DNA from: a virus
Direction: 5' to 3' (one strand)
IMG/VR virus record: IMGVR_UViG_3300010158_000060
Coordinates: 1-64,000 of that record
Length of the DNA stretch: 64,000 bases
Positions 29,474 through 39,873 of this stretch are shown one piece after another (within the stretch, counting starts at the first letter, position 1; every line of letters begins with the position of its first letter). The notes beneath the pieces are model-generated. The model ran no database searches, was not told where the DNA came from, and worked only from the letters and a program-made list of their open reading frames with translations. Made by a program: the position numbers and the translations under genes.

Positions 29474-32400
29474 ATGATTTGTTCACTTAATGAAACTCAG
29501 ATTTCAGACTTATATAAAATAACTTACAAAACACTTTCTGATCTTAAACCATCAGAAAGTTTTGATTTTGAGGCATTTACAAAAGATATTTACACTAGGA
29601 TTGAAAAAGCTGCTGGTGAAGAAAAGGCTTTACAGTATGCACAAATCATACCTTATGTGATCAATGTTTGTCAAAGTAATAGATCAGATATAAGCAATAA
29701 GCTATTAGATTCAGATTTTGATTTTAACAAGTTAATCAAGATAAAAAAAAGTTTTGAGAATTTAGAAAATGTAAAAAAGCTTGTTACAAAATCTGTAAGA
29801 AGAAAATCTAAGAAAGAAGTAAAAGATGAATTAGAACATCAAAACTTTCAATTAGATAACTTAGAAATTACTGATCCTGAGAATTCAGAATTAGAAAAAG
29901 CAAGAGACAAAGCAAAAATTGAGTTTCCTAATGTCACAACATTTCAGTTTGCTGACCAAAAAGATCCTTCTAAAAAAGAAACACAGGAAGAAGAGGATGT
30001 AACATCAGAAGACAAAAAAGTTTTTGAAACAGTAATTAAAAAAATTGTAAAGAGTGTCAAAGAAAAACCTGCTGAGCAAGACAATCCAATGATTGATGAT
30101 ACAGAAGTGTTTTTAAAAATGATGCCTTCAGAAAGTCTTGAGGATAAATATAAACTATCTAAAGATAAATCTGAAACTGCAAAATCATATAGAGGAGTTC
30201 TTGCAGTTATTACTGATGCTGATGGTAATTATATATATTTTGATAAGAATGGTAACATAACTGATGAAGAAAATGGTATTGTTGTTTATCAGTTTATAAG
30301 AAAACCTTATTTGTTAGAAGATACATTTAACAAAAATAAACCTGCTTTCTACACAATTTATCATAAAGCTGGTAAGATGTATAAGAACACCTTAGTTGCT
30401 GCTAGTAAGATTGCTGAAAGATTAGGTTTAGCATCTGGTACCGTTCTTAAAGAACAAACAAAAGCAATGAATGGTGTATATAACATGCGTAAGGATGTTA
30501 TAGATAACAATGCTTCATATATTACTCAAATCACTGGTGGTAGTTTTGGTATAGTTAGTAAAGCAAAAGCTGATCAAATCAATGCAGAGTTAAATAAAAC
30601 AATTAAACTTACTAAAGAAGATATTAAAGAAGTTAAACTTGTATCTACTAAAGGTAGAGATAGAAATAAAGGATTTTATCAATTTTATATCAAGAAGAAT
30701 ACAGAAGCTCTTGGTGAAATTGAAATGCCAGTGAATGTTCAAAGAGGTAACTTTAATCAAGCACTTGCTGATAAAGTGGCTGATGTTATTACAAGTAAAG
30801 CTACTAATAAAGGACTTCCTCTTTCAGATGATAAAAGAATTGAATACTTTAAAGTATTTTTAAATAATCAAAGAGTAAGTGCAAAGGGGGTTAAAAATGA
30901 AAATAACATTTTTTTAGAAAAAGCTACTCGTGGACCTCTTACTTTAACTATCAATAATGAGAAGTTTGAAGGAGATGAAATTTTTACTACTGCTGTAAGA
31001 GATAAAATTGCTCAACACTTACCTCAAGCAATTAAGTTTGGTGATAAAGGTTTCATTGGAGCAAATGTAAATCTTACTGCTAAATACATGGGTGTTGATA
31101 AGACTTATACTGATTATGAAATATCAGGTAATAAGATTACACCGGTTGAAAAAAACTATATTGAAACTGTAGTTTTACCATTTGCATACTTGCAATATGA
31201 AGCTGAGTCTGCAAAGAGTGTTGCAGGATTCAATCCTTATTTAGCATATGCTGTTCCTGATGAATTTACAGAAGATGATTCTGCATTCTTTCCAGTTGCA
31301 GTAGATACACAAACTCAGCGTCCAGTTAAGAAAACAACTCAAGTTCAAAAAAATACTACTGCTGAAACTGTAGTTAAAGAAAAAGCTAAAGTTGTTCAAA
31401 AGAAAAGAGCTACTAAAAAAGTTGAGACCATAGAAGAAATTGAAGAGATAATTGATCCGGATCTTATTAGTCTTAATGTAGCAAGTAACCCTAGTGTAAA
31501 TATTACACCAGATGAGCTTACTGGTTTTAATAGAAGCAAAGATTTAGATATTTTAGATCAAGTATTTACTACTGAAGCTGACAAAGCAGAAGCAGAAGAT
31601 TGGTGGGCTAACAACCCTTTGAGTAAATATATAAGTCTTGAAAGAATTACTAAAGTTGTTAACTCAAATGCATTTGCAACATTTACAGGAACAGGTATTA
31701 CACTTTATGAAGGTGATGGTGGTACTGCTGTGGATTTATACCATGAAGCATGGCACGGATTCTCTCAATTATTCTTAACAAAAGCTGAAAAGATTAGATT
31801 ATATGAAGAATTAAAGGGCCAACCAAAATGGGCCAATAAATCTTACTTTGAAATAGAAGAAGATATTGCTGAGGATTTTAGAGATTATGCTAGAAGCAAA
31901 GGTAAAAAAGAAGCTCCTAAAGGATTTTTGGAAACAGTATTCAGAAGAATGTACCAGTTCCTACAGAACCTCTTTGGTAAAGTAAGTAACCAAGAATTAG
32001 CTACAAGACCAAGAGATATTGCATCTGTAAAAGAATTGTTTGATAAGTTATATTATGCATCTGAAAGACCGGAGTTATTGCAAAACATGCAACCTTCTAC
32101 AGATAACATGATGTTTACTCAATTAAACAGAGCTAAAGCTATTACTTCAGTAAAAGATGTAGCTACTAAATATGAACCTTTTGATTCTGCTGAATCACTA
32201 AAAATTGTAAACTATTTAGATAGCATGATCCCACAAGTTTTTGATGCTTACAATAAAAAGTTTGGTGTAACATCAGGACCAGTGAAAGTTTTACAAACTA
32301 ATACCAATAGAGAATTCCTTTATCAGTTATTAGAAAAGAAACTATCTGAAAAGTTAGATGCTGTAAGAGCAAATCTTGCAACTAGGGCTGCTGAAGGTGA

Positions 32401-35400
32401 GGATATTGAACCTGAAGACTTAGCACAATTGCCATTCTTAGCTAAACTACTAGATAATTTTGGAGATATTAAGCAAACTATTGACAGTAAAGACCAAAAA
32501 GGTGTTGTAGCTTTCCATTTACAAAATTCTAAATTTAAAATATTAGCAAATAAATTTATTGAGTTAGAAGAAGATCCAACTGATATTGATAACTCTAGAA
32601 TTGTTAGGCTTGATGGTGGTAATATTTTCTCTTCAAGAGAAGCTGCCAGTCAAGAAACTAAAACTATTCTATCTAGTATATACAAAATAGATAGAAATAA
32701 ATTTACTATTACCACCAATGATGATGGTACAAAAAAATTAAATGTTGAGTATGAAATAGATCCTCAAACAGGTCTTCCTGTGTTATTAGATGAGAGAGAA
32801 ATGTGGAGCAAGGTTGCAAAAGTTACAGCTGGTTCTTTTGATAAGGAGGAAATGTATAAAAGACTTGCAGATGGTGTAATTGATAACCCTGAATTTTTAC
32901 AGTTGTTATCTTACTTACCAGACAGAAGTAAGAATGCTGATGGAACAGAAAAAGATTATGCTGACAAAAGTGAATTTACTATTGAAACTAAATTCTGGCA
33001 GGATCTTAAAAAACCAAGATTGTCATATGTACAGTTAAACTTAAATATCCAAAAAGGTCAAAAAGAAACTCTTGCAGAAGCAAGGCTTCAAAGAACAGAC
33101 TTTGATAGAAGCAAAGTTTTAAGAGACTGGCAGATCAATTTTAAGACTATATCTAAATCTAAATACATTTCAGAAAATAAAGTACTTGACTTAAATGGAT
33201 TAGTTAAAGATTTCAAGAATAACTTGAATCCTAAAAATGTTGTGTCATTCTTAAATGCTTTAGGGCTCATAATGGATACTAGTAATCCAACAATTGCTAG
33301 TGTGTTAGCGGACCCAAATTTCATTAATAAGTTTGGAATCAAGCATATTTATGACACTCTTGAGCATATTAATAATGTAAATGATCCTGAGAAAGCTAAA
33401 TTTCTTAAAGATCCAATTGAGTATTTAAAATCTTCATTACCTAGTTCATTAGATAAAGGTAAAGCTTTTGACTCTTCTTCAAGAATCAAGGAGCTTGCTA
33501 ATATCCAAGTAAGATTTTCTGATAAGTATTCTAACTTTAGTGCAATTAGTCCTGAAGGAAATAGAGTATGGGAGCATTTCTTGGATAATACTTTTACAAG
33601 AATAATGACTTCTTTAAACCATGCTGACTCATGGCAACAATTAACAAATCCTGAAGCAGATCCAAATGGTTTGTTCAGACATATGAGATACTTAGCATAT
33701 GACAACAATACTTACACTGAACATTCAGTACTTTTAAAATCATTGTTTAACAGTCTATCTGATGTAACTAATCCAGGTGGTAAAAAAGATAACAAACTTG
33801 TTATTCAAAATGTAGCTGGAACACAATTGATTGATAAAAATACTGATAAATCAACAGGTATCTCTACAGCATCAATGGATGCTACAAGTAAGTATTTACA
33901 AGAGATACATACTATGTTGATGAATGGTGTAGAAGAGTTCATGAGACATGCTTCTAAACAAATGTCACAAGGCATTGTAATGAAAAATGGTATCAATACT
34001 TATGGTAATAAAGCTGCTAAGAATTTATATGTTGACATAGAGAAGTTTTTACCTACAACTAATTCTGGTGAAGATTATTCATTTGATATTTTATCTGGAT
34101 ACTTAGCTGGTGAAGTAAATAGAATTTTTAGATTTGGTTCTGATGTAGATAAATATTCTGAATTTACAGGTTATACAAGACCCGTAAAAAGAAAAACAGG
34201 TGAGATTGTTATGTCCGGTCAAGCACTTGCAGCATTTGAAGATGTATTATCAAAAGATACTCAGAAAAAAATCTATGCTATAGTAGATAAAGCAATTGCA
34301 ACTAAAAATACTGACTTTGATTTTTCAGATATTTATGAAGAAGACACTACTCTTGCATTAGAAATTAGAAAAGATGTAGCTAAGTATTTTAATGAATTAA
34401 CAAAAGACTTAACAGATAGACTTAATAAAACTAAGTTTATTGACCCAACATTAAGATCCCGTATAGAAAATAAAGGTGTTGAACTTACTGTAGATGAGTC
34501 TGACACAACATTAATGAAAGCATATGCTTATAATTCATGGATACATAAATTTGAGACAAGTATTCTTGGTTATGGAGATTTAGCATTATACAATCATGCT
34601 AAAGAAGAATTCCATAAGCGTAATGCTGGTTTTGGTGGAGGTGGTTTAGGGTTTGCTTCTGATTTAAAATCAAGAAGTTTTATTAATCAAATGACTAAGT
34701 TATTTGAGCCTAATAAAAAACCATTTGACGGTACTCTAACTACAGGTATCATTAGAGAAAGAGTTATAGACAAATCTGTTTACTATGATGAATACTATGA
34801 TGCTCTTGTAAAAGAATACACAAAAAGATTTGGTTATAAAGCTAAGGCAGAAGACTTAGCAAAAACAGCTTTAAAAGAATATACAAAAATGAAGATTGGT
34901 GATGGTCAAGGACACATCAGTTTTGAAACATATAGAATTTTAAAAGAACTTGAAGGTAACTGGTTACCAGAACAAGAAGAGTTATATAAAAAACTAGCTA
35001 AAGGAGAAGAAGTATCAGTAGAAGATATAATTCATTACTTCCCACCTTATAAGTTACAATATTGTGGTGCTATAGAAACAACAGGTTTACCACTTGTATC
35101 TTTCCATAAATTCTCTCTTGCTCCAATTATACCAGGTGTTGCTAAAAAAGGTACACCTCTTTATGATTTGAATGAGAAAATGATAGCTGAAAACATGGAC
35201 TATGTGCTTTTTGAATCAGGTTCAAAAGTTGGTCACCTTGGTAATGGAGATGATATAATTGCTAAAGATGGTAGTATTATTAAAGATGTCCCATTTACTA
35301 AAAATGTAATTTTCACAGAGTTCCTAAAGAACCAAACAGAAGTTAACTCTGAGTTTAAAGGTAAATCTATATTCTCTACTCAGATGAGAAAGTTAATTTT

Positions 35401-38400
35401 AGATAACTTATATGAAAATGGTGCGATCAATTCTCCAAATGAAGAAGATGTGGTATCACCATTAGTAAAAAGATATCTTGACAATGTAGCTGATTATACT
35501 AAGTTAGTTAAATTAGAGTTATTAGAAGAAATTGGTTTTGATGAAACACCTGACGGTGGTTATAAACCAAGAGACAAAGAAAGCATTGGTAAATTATTAT
35601 CTCTTGTTAGAAATAACTTAGAGAATGAGGAGTCTTATAGTGATGAGATGATCAACTTTATTGATGCATTAGATAGTGGTGAGTTATTACATGACTTGTC
35701 ATTACACCCAGAAGCATTAAAAATTGAGAAACTTTTACTATCTCTGATCAATAAAAGAGTTATCAAACAAAAAGTAAAAGGTGAACCGCTTGTACAAGTG
35801 TCTTCTGCTTTTTATGAGAATAACCTTACAGAGTCTCCTAACTTTAGAAATGCTACTGATGCAGATAAGAAAAAATGGATAGGTAGTAACTTACTTCCTA
35901 CTTATCACAAGATGGCGGATGGTAAAACCGCAGCAATGAAGGTTATGATTGCATTACAGGGGGACTATGCTAACTTGTTGAATCTTGAGTATAATGGAGA
36001 AACCATTGGTACTATAGAAAGATTAAACCAAGCTATTAAAGATGATGTATGGTTAGATGCAAATAATGGTGCTAACAGAAAAGCAATAACTCTTGTAGGG
36101 GTTAGGATTCCGGTTCAGGGTCTAAACTCTATGGAGTTCATGGAAGTATATGAATTCTTACCTCCACAAGCAGGTAATATTATTATTCCTCCAGCTGAGA
36201 TAGTTGCTAAGTCCGGGGGTGACTTTGATATTGATAAACTTACAATCTTCATGACTAACATAGACACGGATGGTAAGCTTAAAGAAAGAACCTATAAAAA
36301 CACAGAGGAGTTGAAAGCTTCTCTACAGAACATCAAAGAGAACAAAGAAGAATCAATAACAAAAGTTTTTAAACAACAAAAAGCTGGTGTTGAAAATGAT
36401 TTGATGAATGACATCAAAGAAATACTTGAGCTTCCGCAAAACTTTGTATCACTTATTACACCAAATGGTACTTTCTTATTAAAAGATATAGCTGAAGACT
36501 TAGCTAGAGATGTAATGGAATATGATCCATTCAAAAATTACATGACTGATACAACAACAGAACCTGAAGAAGGTAAGAAAATTATCAGTGCAACAAGAGT
36601 ATTAGAGCCTCTTTATAACTTATATAAACATGGATCTAATATTGTTAGTAAGAAAACATTAGGATTAGGTGCTGTAGAGAATACAATGAATGTATTATTA
36701 AACTCTATTGGGGCCTTAATGCCGGAGACATATACTAATTACAAAGGTGAATCAAGAAGTACTAATATTGGTTTAAGACATAATGTAAGAATAGTTAATG
36801 GTAAAGAAAGAATTTCTTTGTCTAACTTATATGATGTAGATAACACAAATAAAATAGCAGATATATTCTCCCAAGCAATGAATGGCTGGGTGGATGTTGA
36901 AAAAGATGCATGGATTTTCTTTATCCAGGGTAACTATGAAGTTGCTCCTATATTGTTATATTTAGTAAAAGCTGGCGTACCAGTAAAAGAAGCTATTTAT
37001 TTTGTGTCTCAACCTTTAGTAAGAGAATATGTAGATGAGCAACGTCTTGCTAAATCTACTTTTGCTGAAGTATTAGGTAAAGCTCCTGAGCAAAAGTCAT
37101 TTGTTAAATATCAAGCCGCTACAAATATTGTAGATAAATATTTCAATCCTAAAGTTTTACCAGCTAAAGGTAAATCTATTACTAGATTTGAAGTAGGACG
37201 TGAGATGTTTAATAACTATATGAAAGACAGAAAAAGCAAAAACTTTACTGAAAAAGAAATGTTAGGTTTGATTAGAGAATCTAAAAATACACTCAGTGCT
37301 AAATCTTCTGACTTATCTTTAACTATGTTCTTACATTACTTAGATATTGAAGACCAGATTAAAGGTATCACACAGATTAAAATGAATGCTAATCCAGATA
37401 CAAACACTAAGTCTGTATTATCTGACATTGAAACATCTGAAGGAAGATTAGAGAACTTAGAAGGTAATGCTGAGTTACAACCAATTATTTCTGCTTTAAT
37501 GGGAGATTCTATTATTAGTTCTTTCTTTAATAACAAACTAGCATTGTCATTAGCTGCTCCATTATTTAAGTTAAGATACAACCCAGCAATCCGTACTTTT
37601 ATAAAAAGTAAAGATGATTCTAATGAGTTAATGGAAAACATTAAAACAACATTTGGAGAAGATGGTAGAGATAATTATCTAAACACTTTTAGAAATGATC
37701 TAGTTACATATATTTTCCAAAATGCTATAGTTAAAACAGATCTTAAAAAAGGTTACATGTCTTATGAGGCAAGAGAAATTCCTGTTAAAGAAATGCTTTC
37801 TGATAACTTTGGAGCTTTTGTAAAAACAAATAAAGATGGTACTAAAACTTTATTCTACAATCTTAAAAATTTACAAGAAGAATACAACTCTAAAGAATGG
37901 AGTAATAAAACAGAAGAACCAAACTATTATTCACAGTTAGGTTTCCATCCGCTTCCTGCAAATACATTTACAATTGCAAAAGGTAATGACGCAAAAGCTT
38001 ATGCAAGATTTGTAATGGAAAGAGAGTATTTAAGATCTGTATATCCAATTGCTGAAACAGAAATGGAAAAAACAGAGTATGAAGAGTTTTTAGCAAACAG
38101 AGCACTTGATAATACTTTCAATGTAAATCATATGTTCAGGGATCCTAAAAATGCTTTTGCTATAAGAGTGTATGATGTTATCACATCCAATCCAAAACTT
38201 GCTAATAGATTTGATATACTATCTAAATTACAACTTAACAATAACACAAGTGACACTATGTTTAATCTTGAGTTAATTGACAGAGATATTGATAATATCA
38301 AAGCTAACATCTATACTAAAAACTTAACTGATTTAGCTGACCCAGTTGTATTAAAAACATTAGCAAAAGATTTAAGTTTAAGTGATCAAGAGATTACATA

Positions 38401-39871
38401 CATATCAGATTTATTCTCTAGGTTACCTTTGTTTGCATACATGCAATCTGGTATCAATAAAACTAGTGCTAATTTAGTTCCTTATGTAAGTACAACACCA
38501 TTCTTAAATATCATGGATGGTGCTGTTGAAGATTTTACTAAACTTTTGGCTGATCCAGGTAAAGCATTTAGACTATTAGAAGATTTTTATAATAAGTTTA
38601 ATGCTCAAAATAGTTATTATAATAAAGAGAAAAACAGATTCAAAAACTATTTTACAGATATCAACTTTGACAAAATAGAATCTAGAGTAGAATCTACTCA
38701 ACCATCTACTAGTGTTGAAGCTAATGTTAATAATTACTATACTTTTAACTCAGCAGGTGTTTTAAAATATAAAAATAAAGAGCTTGATGATTTGTTTTTA
38801 AAATTAAGGGATACCTATAAAATACCTAGTATTCCTAAAACAAAAGAAGAAACAAGATTATTTAGATTAAAAAATGCATTACTGCTTACAAAAAATGCAG
38901 ATACAAATGATTATATAAAAATACCTGATTTATCAGATATATTTACTAATACAGAAGCTCTTAAATTGTATAAACAATATTTAAACAACATTAATAATTC
39001 TAGAGATTTATTTATTGAAAGATTTAAAAATGATTCTTTATTTAATCAAGAAATAGAATTTAGACCTGGTGAAATTAAAAAAGGGTATGAGTTTATACCT
39101 AAAACAACAAAATCATTAATTGATCAACCAAGTATTTTGTTTTTAGAATTGTTTAAAAATGCTGGTTTAAAACCTGGTACAGATGCTTACAAAGCTAAAT
39201 TATTAGATTTAAAGCAATTTATAGACTCTAAAACAACAGTTTTATTAAATAATGCTATTAAACTTGAGTTAGGTATTACTACTACTCAACCAGCTACTGA
39301 AACTGTAGAAGAACAAACTAATGATCTTATTACAACATCAGATCCAAACATATTTATTTTTGATGATTCTAAAGATGACAGTGCTGCTTTCTACAAAAAA
39401 TTAACCAGTACTAACTCTACAGTAGGTTTTGTTTATAATGCAACCAAGTTTGAAATAGATAATAATAAAGATCTTCCTGGACAAGGTTATTTAAGATTAG
39501 TATCCAAAGATACCGCCTTACCTTTTGTTACAAGTTTGACTAATAATTTTGATAACTTTAGTAACTTAGCAGCTGATAAATATCAAAGTGTGAAAAACTA
39601 TTTTGATAGAAAAATTCAGGAGCTTAAAAATGCTAAAGACTTAGGTAACAAAATTGCACTTCCTAAAGCAGGAATAGGTGATGCTAAGAAAATGCCTAAA
39701 GAATTATTTGTATATTTAAGTAAGAGATTGTTTGAAGAACTAGGGTATTTAAATCCAGGTTCTACAATGTATAAAGACATAACAGAAATATTAAGTAATA
39801 AACAAGGTATCTCAGATGATGAAATTCTTGCATCACTAGGTTTTGAATCTGATCCTTTTAACTGTGTATAA
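29474..39871 (+). CDS. Virion-packaged single-subunit (double-psi-barrel) RNA polymerase, crAss-like, with N-terminal zincin domain (3465 aa)
   Basis: VRIPVQGLNSM followed by the catalytic GGDFDIDKL (DFDID at 36221-36235), as in phi14:2 gp66. Upstream DGQG and PYK motifs, and HEAWH at 31742-31756. Confidence 0.9.
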   Translation: MICSLNETQISDLYKITYKTLSDLKPSESFDFEAFTKDIYTRIEKAAGEEKALQYAQIIPYVINVCQSNRSDISNKLLDSDFDFNKLIKIKKSFENLENVKKLVTKSVRRKSKKEVKDELEHQNFQLDNLEITDPENSELEKARDKAKIEFPNVTTFQFADQKDPSKKETQEEEDVTSEDKKVFETVIKKIVKSVKEKPAEQDNPMIDDTEVFLKMMPSESLEDKYKLSKDKSETAKSYRGVLAVITDADGNYIYFDKNGNITDEENGIVVYQFIRKPYLLEDTFNKNKPAFYTIYHKAGKMYKNTLVAASKIAERLGLASGTVLKEQTKAMNGVYNMRKDVIDNNASYITQITGGSFGIVSKAKADQINAELNKTIKLTKEDIKEVKLVSTKGRDRNKGFYQFYIKKNTEALGEIEMPVNVQRGNFNQALADKVADVITSKATNKGLPLSDDKRIEYFKVFLNNQRVSAKGVKNENNIFLEKATRGPLTLTINNEKFEGDEIFTTAVRDKIAQHLPQAIKFGDKGFIGANVNLTAKYMGVDKTYTDYEISGNKITPVEKNYIETVVLPFAYLQYEAESAKSVAGFNPYLAYAVPDEFTEDDSAFFPVAVDTQTQRPVKKTTQVQKNTTAETVVKEKAKVVQKKRATKKVETIEEIEEIIDPDLISLNVASNPSVNITPDELTGFNRSKDLDILDQVFTTEADKAEAEDWWANNPLSKYISLERITKVVNSNAFATFTGTGITLYEGDGGTAVDLYHEAWHGFSQLFLTKAEKIRLYEELKGQPKWANKSYFEIEEDIAEDFRDYARSKGKKEAPKGFLETVFRRMYQFLQNLFGKVSNQELATRPRDIASVKELFDKLYYASERPELLQNMQPSTDNMMFTQLNRAKAITSVKDVATKYEPFDSAESLKIVNYLDSMIPQVFDAYNKKFGVTSGPVKVLQTNTNREFLYQLLEKKLSEKLDAVRANLATRAAEGEDIEPEDLAQLPFLAKLLDNFGDIKQTIDSKDQKGVVAFHLQNSKFKILANKFIELEEDPTDIDNSRIVRLDGGNIFSSREAASQETKTILSSIYKIDRNKFTITTNDDGTKKLNVEYEIDPQTGLPVLLDEREMWSKVAKVTAGSFDKEEMYKRLADGVIDNPEFLQLLSYLPDRSKNADGTEKDYADKSEFTIETKFWQDLKKPRLSYVQLNLNIQKGQKETLAEARLQRTDFDRSKVLRDWQINFKTISKSKYISENKVLDLNGLVKDFKNNLNPKNVVSFLNALGLIMDTSNPTIASVLADPNFINKFGIKHIYDTLEHINNVNDPEKAKFLKDPIEYLKSSLPSSLDKGKAFDSSSRIKELANIQVRFSDKYSNFSAISPEGNRVWEHFLDNTFTRIMTSLNHADSWQQLTNPEADPNGLFRHMRYLAYDNNTYTEHSVLLKSLFNSLSDVTNPGGKKDNKLVIQNVAGTQLIDKNTDKSTGISTASMDATSKYLQEIHTMLMNGVEEFMRHASKQMSQGIVMKNGINTYGNKAAKNLYVDIEKFLPTTNSGEDYSFDILSGYLAGEVNRIFRFGSDVDKYSEFTGYTRPVKRKTGEIVMSGQALAAFEDVLSKDTQKKIYAIVDKAIATKNTDFDFSDIYEEDTTLALEIRKDVAKYFNELTKDLTDRLNKTKFIDPTLRSRIENKGVELTVDESDTTLMKAYAYNSWIHKFETSILGYGDLALYNHAKEEFHKRNAGFGGGGLGFASDLKSRSFINQMTKLFEPNKKPFDGTLTTGIIRERVIDKSVYYDEYYDALVKEYTKRFGYKAKAEDLAKTALKEYTKMKIGDGQGHISFETYRILKELEGNWLPEQEELYKKLAKGEEVSVEDIIHYFPPYKLQYCGAIETTGLPLVSFHKFSLAPIIPGVAKKGTPLYDLNEKMIAENMDYVLFESGSKVGHLGNGDDIIAKDGSIIKDVPFTKNVIFTEFLKNQTEVNSEFKGKSIFSTQMRKLILDNLYENGAINSPNEEDVVSPLVKRYLDNVADYTKLVKLELLEEIGFDETPDGGYKPRDKESIGKLLSLVRNNLENEESYSDEMINFIDALDSGELLHDLSLHPEALKIEKLLLSLINKRVIKQKVKGEPLVQVSSAFYENNLTESPNFRNATDADKKKWIGSNLLPTYHKMADGKTAAMKVMIALQGDYANLLNLEYNGETIGTIERLNQAIKDDVWLDANNGANRKAITLVGVRIPVQGLNSMEFMEVYEFLPPQAGNIIIPPAEIVAKSGGDFDIDKLTIFMTNIDTDGKLKERTYKNTEELKASLQNIKENKEESITKVFKQQKAGVENDLMNDIKEILELPQNFVSLITPNGTFLLKDIAEDLARDVMEYDPFKNYMTDTTTEPEEGKKIISATRVLEPLYNLYKHGSNIVSKKTLGLGAVENTMNVLLNSIGALMPETYTNYKGESRSTNIGLRHNVRIVNGKERISLSNLYDVDNTNKIADIFSQAMNGWVDVEKDAWIFFIQGNYEVAPILLYLVKAGVPVKEAIYFVSQPLVREYVDEQRLAKSTFAEVLGKAPEQKSFVKYQAATNIVDKYFNPKVLPAKGKSITRFEVGREMFNNYMKDRKSKNFTEKEMLGLIRESKNTLSAKSSDLSLTMFLHYLDIEDQIKGITQIKMNANPDTNTKSVLSDIETSEGRLENLEGNAELQPIISALMGDSIISSFFNNKLALSLAAPLFKLRYNPAIRTFIKSKDDSNELMENIKTTFGEDGRDNYLNTFRNDLVTYIFQNAIVKTDLKKGYMSYEAREIPVKEMLSDNFGAFVKTNKDGTKTLFYNLKNLQEEYNSKEWSNKTEEPNYYSQLGFHPLPANTFTIAKGNDAKAYARFVMEREYLRSVYPIAETEMEKTEYEEFLANRALDNTFNVNHMFRDPKNAFAIRVYDVITSNPKLANRFDILSKLQLNNNTSDTMFNLELIDRDIDNIKANIYTKNLTDLADPVVLKTLAKDLSLSDQEITYISDLFSRLPLFAYMQSGINKTSANLVPYVSTTPFLNIMDGAVEDFTKLLADPGKAFRLLEDFYNKFNAQNSYYNKEKNRFKNYFTDINFDKIESRVESTQPSTSVEANVNNYYTFNSAGVLKYKNKELDDLFLKLRDTYKIPSIPKTKEETRLFRLKNALLLTKNADTNDYIKIPDLSDIFTNTEALKLYKQYLNNINNSRDLFIERFKNDSLFNQEIEFRPGEIKKGYEFIPKTTKSLIDQPSILFLELFKNAGLKPGTDAYKAKLLDLKQFIDSKTTVLLNNAIKLELGITTTQPATETVEEQTNDLITTSDPNIFIFDDSKDDSAAFYKKLTSTNSTVGFVYNATKFEIDNNKDLPGQGYLRLVSKDTALPFVTSLTNNFDNFSNLAADKYQSVKNYFDRKIQELKNAKDLGNKIALPKAGIGDAKKMPKELFVYLSKRLFEELGYLNPGSTMYKDITEILSNKQGISDDEILASLGFESDPFNCV

Positions 39872-39873
39872 AA

